Below, piece after piece: positions 26,885 to 33,837 of a stretch of DNA of 33,837 nucleotides. Positions within the stretch are counted from its first letter, which is position 1, and each line of letters starts with the position of its first letter. The notes under the pieces are model-generated. The model did no database searches. It was given only the letters and a program-made list of their open reading frames with translations, and had not been told where the DNA came from. The stretch spans positions 1 to 33,837 of IMG/VR virus record IMGVR_UViG_3300022752_000223; one strand, given 5' to 3'. The DNA is from a virus (taxonomy: Duplodnaviria; Caudoviricetes). The position numbers were made by a program, and so were the translations under genes.

Positions 26885-27436
26885 ATGAGTACAGCAAGAT
26901 TTAATCGATGGGAATTAACTTCAGGGCAATTAGTTAGCACAATTGTTCAAACTGCTTATGTCAGCAGTGTAACCAGAACAACATTGAATTCCACAAGTTT
27001 TGCAGAGCCCAGTACAAATTATCGAGTATCTATCACACCTAGATTTGCGAATAGTTTAATAAGTTTACAATATTACATACCTGCCAACCCCGGAGCTAGT
27101 TATGCTTCTAATACTATCTATAGTTTTAGAGCTTTTAGGAGTGTAGCAGGAATTAAGACATATTCATTTCTTACCGCAGGAGTAGCAAATGGCAGTAGGC
27201 AAGTATTTGCAGGAATTACAATGAGGCCCCCTGGGCAAGATGTAAACGATCCTATGTGGGTAAACTTCATAGCTCTTGATACACCTGGCACAACAAACAC
27301 CTGTGAGTACGGGTTTGAAGCTATGAGGGAATCGGGCGGTACGGGAGTTTTATATTTTGGATATACATCCGGGGACACTGCTATTTGGGGTTTTGATCAC
27401 GATATAGTAATTATTGCTAAGGAGATAGCACAATGA
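26885..27436 (+). CDS. Putative fibre tip / receptor-binding domain protein (module A, copy 1)
   Basis: 183 aa with IVQT...SITPRFANSLI...LDTPGTT...IIAKEIA. Paralogue of 27750. Confidence 0.55.
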   Translation: MSTARFNRWELTSGQLVSTIVQTAYVSSVTRTTLNSTSFAEPSTNYRVSITPRFANSLISLQYYIPANPGASYASNTIYSFRAFRSVAGIKTYSFLTAGVANGSRQVFAGITMRPPGQDVNDPMWVNFIALDTPGTTNTCEYGFEAMRESGGTGVLYFGYTSGDTAIWGFDHDIVIIAKEIAQ

Positions 27437-27747
27437 ATGTAAGTACTGCTTTATTGAGTTTATGTCCTCAAGCTGAATTTATTTTAGAAAATGAAGATTA
27501 TAGTTCTATAGTTTGGTTAAATAACAGACCTGAAGTTGAGCCATCATTAGAACAACTACAGTCAGAAATCGCCAGGCTACAGGCTGATTATGACGCTAAA
27601 CTGTATCAACGTCAACGTGCTCAAGCATACCCGCCCATACAAGATTTGGCCGATGCCATCTATTGGCAAACACAAGGAAATACAGAACCAATGAATGCTT
27701 ACATTGCTGCCTGTGCTCAGGTAAAACAACAATATCCTCAAGGATAA
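27433..27747 (+). CDS. Putative fibre assembly chaperone, XkdW-like (module A partner 1)
   Basis: 104 aa with ALLSLCPQAEF...Y..I.W...P...YQRQRAQAYPPIQD..DA...VKQQYP. Paralogue of 28274. Confidence 0.55.
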   Translation: MNVSTALLSLCPQAEFILENEDYSSIVWLNNRPEVEPSLEQLQSEIARLQADYDAKLYQRQRAQAYPPIQDLADAIYWQTQGNTEPMNAYIAACAQVKQQYPQG

Positions 27748-27749
27748 TT

Positions 27750-28277
27750 ATGCCCAGCTATGCAAAATTTGATATATGGCAAAATACTGCCGGGATTATA
27801 AGACAAACTATTCTCCAAGTAGTAACTGTGGTTAAAACTGACACATTTGCTACTACTAGTACAACTCCTGTTGATATTTCGGGATTGTCTGCCAATATTA
27901 CTTTATCATCTAACACAAACAAGGTACTAATAACAGGTACTCTTTATGCCGGCACAGATAATCCTTATTCTGGTGCATGGTTGTTCGGTGGGTTATTGGC
28001 TAGAAACGGAACAGCAATCTCTAGACATGATGTAGCATCTAATAGAGGAAGATTGTTTTGGGGCACTCAAGCACCAGGTAATACAGATGAAACTATAGCT
28101 TTTCCGATTAATTTTCTTGATTCGCCTACTAGTACCAGTCAATTAACTTACAGTCTACAGGCCCAAGCCGAAAGCCCTAGGACAGTATGGATAAATCGTG
28201 GAGCAGAAACCGACGGTGACGTATCAATTTCTGCTCGTTTCGTTAGTACACTTATTTTAATGGAGGTTGCATCATGA
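27750..28277 (+). CDS. Putative fibre tip / receptor-binding domain protein (module A, copy 2)
   Basis: 175 aa from ATG 27750 (SD AGGA), preferred over 27663. ILQVV...DISGLSANIT.SS.TNKVLI...FLDSPTSTSQLTY...LILMEVA. Confidence 0.6.
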   Translation: MPSYAKFDIWQNTAGIIRQTILQVVTVVKTDTFATTSTTPVDISGLSANITLSSNTNKVLITGTLYAGTDNPYSGAWLFGGLLARNGTAISRHDVASNRGRLFWGTQAPGNTDETIAFPINFLDSPTSTSQLTYSLQAQAESPRTVWINRGAETDGDVSISARFVSTLILMEVAS

Positions 28278-28576
28278 TTGATCGTGCATTAAAAAAGTTG
28301 CGGCCCGGTGCAGAATGGTCACTAACGGGAGATACATATTCCGGCATAACCTGGCACGATCAAACTCAAACGCAACCCACTCAGGAAGAAGTCGTAGCGG
28401 CTATTGAAACAATTAAAGCTGAAATCGCAGCGACTGAATATCAACGTCTCAGAGCACGTGAATACCCGCCTGTCACAGATTACTTAGATGCTGTGGTCAA
28501 AGGGGACCAAGCTCAAATTGATAAGTATATACAAGATTGCCTAGCAGTTAAGGCCAAATATCCCAAACCGGAGTAG
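28274..28576 (+). CDS. Putative fibre assembly chaperone, XkdW-like (module A partner 2)
   Basis: 100 aa with ALKKLRPGAEW...Y..I.W...PT.EE...YQRLRAREYPP..D.LDA...VKAKYPK. SD GGAGG, ATGA overlap. Confidence 0.6.
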   Translation: MIDRALKKLRPGAEWSLTGDTYSGITWHDQTQTQPTQEEVVAAIETIKAEIAATEYQRLRAREYPPVTDYLDAVVKGDQAQIDKYIQDCLAVKAKYPKPE

Positions 28577-28579
28577 GTT

Positions 28580-29152
28580 ATGCCAATTAGTATAAGCGGA
28601 TCACAGATAATTTTACCTGATAGCAGTGTATTAAACGGTAGTGCCTATGCCAATTTTGGTACACTATTTGATGACGCTTTAACGATCACTGTATCAAGCT
28701 CGGCCACTGATGGAACCACAATGCCTATATATAGGGTGTTTGGTATACCTAAAAATATCTCAGTAACTACAAATACTTCAGGCGGAACTTGGACACATAC
28801 ACTAACAGGTATATATGCATTGCATATGAGCTATCGACAGGCCAGCGGCGGGGATATTTGGACAATCTATGCAGTAACTAAAGATGGAACTACCAATGCA
28901 GTGGGTGTCACAGCAAGAATGGGGTCTGAGGACAATCATACAGAAGATTTTCACATTATCTATCGGGTAGACAGTACCGCATCAACTTATAGATTACAAG
29001 GTTGGACACATACTAGTACAAGAACAGCAGGTATTGCAAGTGCCCCTTCAGGAAATCCTGGGTGGACTATGTCTCCTACTACTGATCTGACACTAGGTAC
29101 TTGGAAAGGTCGCACAGTGGATATTTGGATATTTAGAATTGCAAGTTTATAG
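28580..29152 (+). CDS. Putative fibre tip / adhesin protein
   Basis: 190 aa, beta-rich. MPISISG N-terminus resembles that of 29162. Confidence 0.5.
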   Translation: MPISISGSQIILPDSSVLNGSAYANFGTLFDDALTITVSSSATDGTTMPIYRVFGIPKNISVTTNTSGGTWTHTLTGIYALHMSYRQASGGDIWTIYAVTKDGTTNAVGVTARMGSEDNHTEDFHIIYRVDSTASTYRLQGWTHTSTRTAGIASAPSGNPGWTMSPTTDLTLGTWKGRTVDIWIFRIASL

Positions 29153-29161
29153 GAGAAAAAC

Positions 29162-29371
29162 ATGCCACTAGAATTAAGCGGCGATCGCGGCGTAACCTAC
29201 TCAACCTGGACTACAGCCGCTAGACCTAGTTCACCCAGTATAGGGTTGGCAGACGTGCAATTAGTTAATAAAGCAGTTTTTGATCGTTATCGTAGTGAGT
29301 TACGTAATATAGTATTAAATCCACCTATAACTGTTACATGGCCCACAGAACCTGAAGCTGTTTGGAGTTAA
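29162..29371 (+). pseudogene. Probable in-frame deletion remnant fusing a fibre N-terminus to a chaperone C-terminus
   Basis: 69 aa: MPLELSG...WTTAARPSSPSIG joined to LADVQLVN...YRSELR...WPTEPEAVWS. Strong SD AGGAG, so it may still be translated. Confidence 0.5.
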
Positions 29372-29373
29372 CT

Positions 29374-30750
29374 ATGCCAAGTCGCGCGTTTCAACAAGCT
29401 ACCTTACTAGGTAGTGATGGTGTACTAAATACTGCAGATCTAGCCGGTTTAGCGACTGTGGCAACAACTGGCAGTTATAGTGATCTAACCAATAAACCTA
29501 CATTGTTTTCTGGTAGTTATAATGATTTAACAAACAAGCCAACACTTGCCACAGTTGCAACTTCAGGTAGTTACGCAGACTTATCTAATAAACCTACACT
29601 ACTAATTTGGCAATCCGTCCAAACCACAGGCTTCACGGCTGTCGCAGGCAGAGCTTATCCCTGCAACACCACCTCAGCAGCCTTTACAGTCACGCTGCCT
29701 GCAAGCCCATCGGCAGGAGATTTGGTAACGCTGATGGACTATGCTGGGACGTGGGCAGCCAACAACCTTACAGTCAGTCCTAATGGAGGAAAAATTGCTG
29801 GGTCAACATCTAACAGCATTCTTGACTTTAGCAGACAATCTGTTCAATTTGTTTATATTGATTCGACGCAAGGGTGGTGCATCTATTCAGGCTATAAAGC
29901 AACAGTTGGCAGCACACCTCCTCCTACAGTTCAATTATTTATGATTGGAGGTGGTGGTAGTGGCGGTAGTGGTGCCGACGGCGGTGGCGGTGGTGGTGGT
30001 GCTGGTGGCGTTGTAACAACTGCTTCTTGGATAGTTGCAGGTGGAACGACTTATTCAATTGTTGTAGGAAACGGTGGAACTGGAGCTAGCGCCTCGGTTG
30101 GACAAGACGGAGGAGATACATCAGCGTTTGGACTTGTTGCAAAAGGGGGCGGGGGCGGGGGTGGCGGTCCGCGAGGCAGCCAGGTTGTAGGTCGAAGCGG
30201 CGGTTCTGGTGGAGGTGGTTGTGGTTTTATTGCCTATAACGCAGGCGGCGCCTCAATTCAATCTTCGTACAACACCGGTGCTGCAGGAATCACGCAGTAT
30301 GGAAACGCCGGCGGTGGCAATGGTGCATATGCGAGCCCTTTGCCAGGAGGTGGTGGTGCAGGGGGCGCTGGAAGCGTTAATAATGGCGGTGGTATCGGTA
30401 TTGAATGGCCAAGCGGTTCAGGTGTTTATTACGCCGGCGGGGGCGGCGGGAGCGCAACTCCATATTCGGGCAACTCAACTGTTAACGCTGGTGTGCCTTA
30501 TGGAGGTGCCGGTCAAGTCGGAGATGGGGTCAACGGAGGAAATGGCACAGCAGGCAAAGGATCGGGCGGTGGAGCATCGGGCTCGGGCGGGGCTGGACCT
30601 ACTGGCGGCAACGGCGGTTCTGGTGTCGTCGTCATCCGCTATTCCGATGCTTATTCTGCACCAATTTCATTATCTGGATCGCCAACCGTCACGGTGAGCG
30701 GCGGTATACGTGAATATAAGTTTACCGGTTCGGGTTCAATTACGTTCTAA
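29374..30750 (+). CDS. Glycine-rich fibre / adhesin protein (module B, copy 1)
   Basis: 458 aa from ATG 29374 (SD GGAG). Three GSYxDLxNKP repeats, a TVTLPASPSAGD...QGW domain, then a polyglycine domain (GGGGSGG...YYAGGGGG...GNGGSGVVVIRY). Confidence 0.75.
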   Translation: MPSRAFQQATLLGSDGVLNTADLAGLATVATTGSYSDLTNKPTLFSGSYNDLTNKPTLATVATSGSYADLSNKPTLLIWQSVQTTGFTAVAGRAYPCNTTSAAFTVTLPASPSAGDLVTLMDYAGTWAANNLTVSPNGGKIAGSTSNSILDFSRQSVQFVYIDSTQGWCIYSGYKATVGSTPPPTVQLFMIGGGGSGGSGADGGGGGGGAGGVVTTASWIVAGGTTYSIVVGNGGTGASASVGQDGGDTSAFGLVAKGGGGGGGGPRGSQVVGRSGGSGGGGCGFIAYNAGGASIQSSYNTGAAGITQYGNAGGGNGAYASPLPGGGGAGGAGSVNNGGGIGIEWPSGSGVYYAGGGGGSATPYSGNSTVNAGVPYGGAGQVGDGVNGGNGTAGKGSGGGASGSGGAGPTGGNGGSGVVVIRYSDAYSAPISLSGSPTVTVSGGIREYKFTGSGSITF

Positions 30751-30759
30751 GAGGCTTAC

Positions 30760-31119
30760 ATGGCACATTTTGCTCAGTTAGATGAAAACAATCTTGTGAC
30801 GCGAGTAATCGTTGTACACAATAATGAATGCCTTGACGCACACGGCGTTGAGAGTGAAACGGTTGGAGTGGCTTTTTGCATGCGCTTGCTTGGCGGCGTA
30901 TGGAAGCAAACTTCATACAACGCCAATTTTCGCAAGAACTACGCAGGCGTGGGCTACACCTACGACCCTGACCGTGACGCTTTCATCCCGCCTAAGTCTT
31001 ATCCCAGTTGGGTGCTCAATGAGCAGACATGTCTCTGGGATGCTCCGGTAGCTATGCCGCAAGATGGCAAGCGATATCAATGGTATGAGGCGACGACCAG
31101 CTGGATAGAAATAACATGA
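30760..31119 (+). CDS. Conserved small partner of glycine-rich adhesin (module B partner 1)
   Basis: 119 aa: MAHFAQLDENN...WKQTSYNANFRKNYAG.G..YD...FIPPK...SW.L...W.AP...Y.W.E. SD GAGG. Confidence 0.7.
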   Translation: MAHFAQLDENNLVTRVIVVHNNECLDAHGVESETVGVAFCMRLLGGVWKQTSYNANFRKNYAGVGYTYDPDRDAFIPPKSYPSWVLNEQTCLWDAPVAMPQDGKRYQWYEATTSWIEIT

Positions 31120-31150
31120 TAATATTTAAGTACTTACTAGCGAGGTAAAC

Positions 31151-31411
31151 ATGACTAAAGCCATTACACTAGCACGTAGCGTTTCAGCTGGCGGAGCAAT
31201 AAGATTAGCAGAATTAGCAGCAAATGGTAATAATACAGCAGGATTACGTGCTCCTGATGCATTATCTAATGATATTACATGGAAACTGCCTATTCAAGAT
31301 GGACAGGTTAATCAAGCACTAATTACTGATGGTAGTGGTAACCTAAGTTTTGCAAATGCAGGAATTTCAGCAGGTAAAGCAATAGCTATGGCTATTGTAT
31401 TTGGAGGATAA
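31151..31411 (+). CDS. Short fibre adaptor-like protein
   Basis: 86 aa with WKLP..DG...QALITDGSGNLSF fibre motif and C-terminal KAIAMAIVFGG. SD GAGG. Confidence 0.6.
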   Translation: MTKAITLARSVSAGGAIRLAELAANGNNTAGLRAPDALSNDITWKLPIQDGQVNQALITDGSGNLSFANAGISAGKAIAMAIVFGG

Positions 31412-31412
31412 T

Positions 31413-31775
31413 ATGGCAGCACCAAATATAGTAGCAGTTACAACTATCACAGGCAAAACAATAGGTGCAGCAGTAACTACATCTCTTACAGCCGTTCTTA
31501 CTAATTCTAGTAGCAGTAATAAAGTATTTAAAATAAACTCTATTGTTGCAGCAAATATAGATGGTGTTAATAATGCAGATTTAACAGTTAGCATATATAA
31601 AAATGCAACTACAGATTACTATCTAGCTAGTACAATTAGCGTACCAGCAGATACAACTTTAGTAGTTAGTAGCAAAGATAGTAGTTTTTATCTAGAAGAA
31701 AATGATAGTATTAGAGCTTTAGCAAATGCTAATGGTGATATACATATTATTATTAGCTATGAGGAAATAAGCTAA
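31413..31775 (+). CDS. Small beta-sandwich structural protein
   Basis: 120 aa from ATG 31413 (SD GGAGG). MAAPNIV...INSIVAAN...VPADTTLVV...YLEENDSI...IISYEEI. Paralogue of 22972. Confidence 0.65.
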   Translation: MAAPNIVAVTTITGKTIGAAVTTSLTAVLTNSSSSNKVFKINSIVAANIDGVNNADLTVSIYKNATTDYYLASTISVPADTTLVVSSKDSSFYLEENDSIRALANANGDIHIIISYEEIS

Positions 31776-33415
31776 TGTTTAATGGTAATTTACGAGGCAA
31801 AAAAACTACTACATCGAGCAATGCTGTTAGCGGATTATTTAGCTTAGAAAATCAATTTATAGAAAAATTATCAGGAACCTGGACCCTAAATCAAGCCACT
31901 TATAGTGTTAGTCCTAGTACTACAAATTTAAATGAATCAGATACAGTAACCTTTACTGTATCTACAACAGATGTACCCAATGGTACTACATTATATTGGA
32001 CAAATAGTGGAACTACTAGTGCTAGCGATTTTAGTGATTCTTTAAATAGTAGTAGCTTTATTATTACAAACAATACCGCGACTATTACTAGGATTATAAG
32101 ATCCGACGCATTAACTGAAGGTAGCGAAACTATAGCTATAAATATAAGAACTGGAAGTACATCTGGAACTATTGTAGCTACTAGTAGCACCGTTACAATA
32201 AATGATACTAGTTTAACACCAAGTTATTCTGTAACACCTAATTTTACTAGTATTAATGAGTCAGGCAGTGTAACTTTTACTATAATTACATCTAATGTTA
32301 ATAGTGGAACTACATTATATTGGACAAATAGTGGTACTAGTAATGCTAATGATTTTAATGAGAATGCAAATAGTGGCTCTGTTGTTGTTACTGGTACTTA
32401 TAGTAGTTCTAGTGGAACTGTAACATTTACTCCTACTCAAGATGTATCTGTAAATGAGGGCAGTGAAACTATTATTTTTCAATTAAGAACAAGTAGTATT
32501 TCAGGTACGATAGTAGCTACTGCTGCAACTGTAACTATTGTAGATAGTAGTTTTAAAACTGCTCCCTCAGATGTGGATTTCTTAGTTGTAGCAGGCGGAG
32601 GCGGCGGTGCTATTAATAGAGGAGCTGGCGGAGGAGGTGCTGGCGGCATGATATATGGTAATACGTCTATCGCTTTAAATAATACTTATAATATTACTGT
32701 AGGCGGCGGCGGAGCAAATAGTTATGATATTAGTCCTCCAGGTTCAAGTACTACAGGTGGTAATGGTAGTGGAAGTTCGTTTTTTGGTTCATTAGCAACT
32801 ACTGGTGGAGGTGGCGGTGGTAGCTGGAATGGTGGTACAGCAGGACAAAATGGTGGATCTGGTGGTGGCGGTGGTGCTGGTGGTCGCGGATATACGGTAG
32901 GTGGTGGCCAAGGAAATGATGGAGGAAATCCAGATTTTGGAGCTCAACGTGGTGGTGGAGGCGGCGGACGTGGCGGAGCAGGTGGAAACGGTAGCGGAAC
33001 TACTACAATTAATGGAAATCCTGGAGGTGGGGCAGGTGGATTAGCTCAACAATGGCCAGGAAATGGTAATTATTATGCTGGTGGTGGTGGTGGTTCAGGA
33101 AATCAAGGCGATGGAGCAGGCCAAGGTGGTTTAGGTGGTGGCACTAATAATGGTGGTCAAAAAGGTGGAGGTGGTAACGGTACTGGCGGACCCAATACTG
33201 CTGAAGATGGCGGATATATGACAGGCGGGGGTGGAGGTGCCGCAGGCCAAGATAGTGGTTCCTCAGTAAGATCAGGAAATGGTGGCAGTGGTATAGTGAT
33301 AATAAGATATCCTAACACTTATAGTACACCTACTGTAACTGGTAATCCAGATATTTATAATAATGGCGGATACTATTTATATGTATTTGCTGGCAATGGA
33401 ACAATAAGATGGTAA
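31775..33415 (+). CDS. Adhesin with two Calx-beta/Ig-like repeats and a glycine-rich domain (module B, copy 2)
   Basis: 546 aa. Two repeats of YSV.P....NE...VTF...GTTLYWTNSGT...DF...EGSETI...RT...SGTIVAT, then VDFLVVAGGGGG...YYAGGGGG...GNGGSGIVIIRY. Confidence 0.75.
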   Translation: MFNGNLRGKKTTTSSNAVSGLFSLENQFIEKLSGTWTLNQATYSVSPSTTNLNESDTVTFTVSTTDVPNGTTLYWTNSGTTSASDFSDSLNSSSFIITNNTATITRIIRSDALTEGSETIAINIRTGSTSGTIVATSSTVTINDTSLTPSYSVTPNFTSINESGSVTFTIITSNVNSGTTLYWTNSGTSNANDFNENANSGSVVVTGTYSSSSGTVTFTPTQDVSVNEGSETIIFQLRTSSISGTIVATAATVTIVDSSFKTAPSDVDFLVVAGGGGGAINRGAGGGGAGGMIYGNTSIALNNTYNITVGGGGANSYDISPPGSSTTGGNGSGSSFFGSLATTGGGGGGSWNGGTAGQNGGSGGGGGAGGRGYTVGGGQGNDGGNPDFGAQRGGGGGGRGGAGGNGSGTTTINGNPGGGAGGLAQQWPGNGNYYAGGGGGSGNQGDGAGQGGLGGGTNNGGQKGGGGNGTGGPNTAEDGGYMTGGGGGAAGQDSGSSVRSGNGGSGIVIIRYPNTYSTPTVTGNPDIYNNGGYYLYVFAGNGTIRW

Positions 33416-33421
33416 TAAATT

Positions 33422-33784
33422 ATGGCTCATTTTGCAAAATTAGATGAAAATAATAATGTATTAGAAGTATTAGTTGTAAAAAATAGTATGCTATTAGATA
33501 GTAATGGTGTTGAACGCGAGGAATTAGGAATAGCTTTTTTAGTTACTTGGTCAGGAGGACACCCTTACTGGAAACAAACCAGTTATAATAATAGTTTTAG
33601 AAAAACTTATGCTACAATTGGTTCTAAATATGATCCAGATAAGAATATATTTATTGCACCAAAGCCTTTTAATAGTTGGATACTAGATACTGAAGGTAAT
33701 TGGCAAGCACCTATATCTAAACCACTAGATAATAAAGAATATTATTGGAATGAAGCTGAGTTAAATTGGCAAGAAGTAACATAA
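33422..33784 (+). CDS. Conserved small partner of glycine-rich adhesin (module B partner 2)
   Basis: 120 aa: MAHFAKLDENN...WKQTSYNNSFRKTYA. Clear paralogue of 30760..31119. Confidence 0.7.
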   Translation: MAHFAKLDENNNVLEVLVVKNSMLLDSNGVEREELGIAFLVTWSGGHPYWKQTSYNNSFRKTYATIGSKYDPDKNIFIAPKPFNSWILDTEGNWQAPISKPLDNKEYYWNEAELNWQEVT

Positions 33785-33796
33785 AGTTAAGTAAAA

Positions 33797-33837
33797 ATGT
33801 TTATCCTAAACTTTATACCTGGTTGGTTCTTTCCAGC
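33797..33837 (+). CDS. Start of a hydrophobic N-terminal protein, truncated by window end
   Basis: ATG at 33797 reads MFILNFIPGWFFP with no stop before the window ends. Could begin a membrane or lysis gene. Confidence 0.35.
   Translation, partial: MFILNFIPGWFFP

Noticed and set aside
30145-30167. G-quadruplex-like GGGGGCGGGGGCGGGGGTGGCGG
   Set aside because: Fully explained by polyglycine codons in the GC-rich cassette.
29741-31051. Alternative plus-frame ORFs 29741..29944, 30209..30697 and 30812..31051
   Set aside because: Out-of-frame ORFs within GC-rich genes where stops are scarce, with no recognisable protein features.
22474-33784. Invertase-driven shufflon for tail fibre switching
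   Set aside because: All genes lie on one strand, with no inverted cassettes, inverted crossover sites or recombinase in the window.
1-33837. Stop-codon reassignment (TAG is frequent in the sequence)
   Set aside because: Standard code gives near-complete coding density, and genes ending in TAG are followed directly by a terminator or a new SD/ATG.

Overview
AT-rich, entirely plus-strand late (morphogenesis) region of a tailed dsDNA phage with a T5-like siphovirus tail module. The left half runs: end of a head-completion gene, tail completion, tail terminator, major tail protein, two tail assembly chaperones joined by a -1 slippery site, a ~2435-aa tape measure, a hub-like protein, and a collagen-containing fibre with a C-terminal S74 autochaperone. 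A 2OG-Fe(II) dioxygenase gene sits directly after that fibre. From a near-consensus sigma70 promoter at ~17.6 kb, about 24 fibre, adaptor, adhesin and chaperone-like genes fill the remaining 16 kb. These reuse short N- and C-terminal motifs in matched pairs and include duplicated two-gene modules, a GC-rich imported cassette and an apparent deletion scar. The two most interesting hypotheses are (1) a modular, daisy-chained or branched receptor-binding apparatus with a connector code and (2) a phage prolyl-hydroxylase plus Gly-Pro-Pro collagen pair. Family assignments come from motif recognition by eye and memory, not from database searches.
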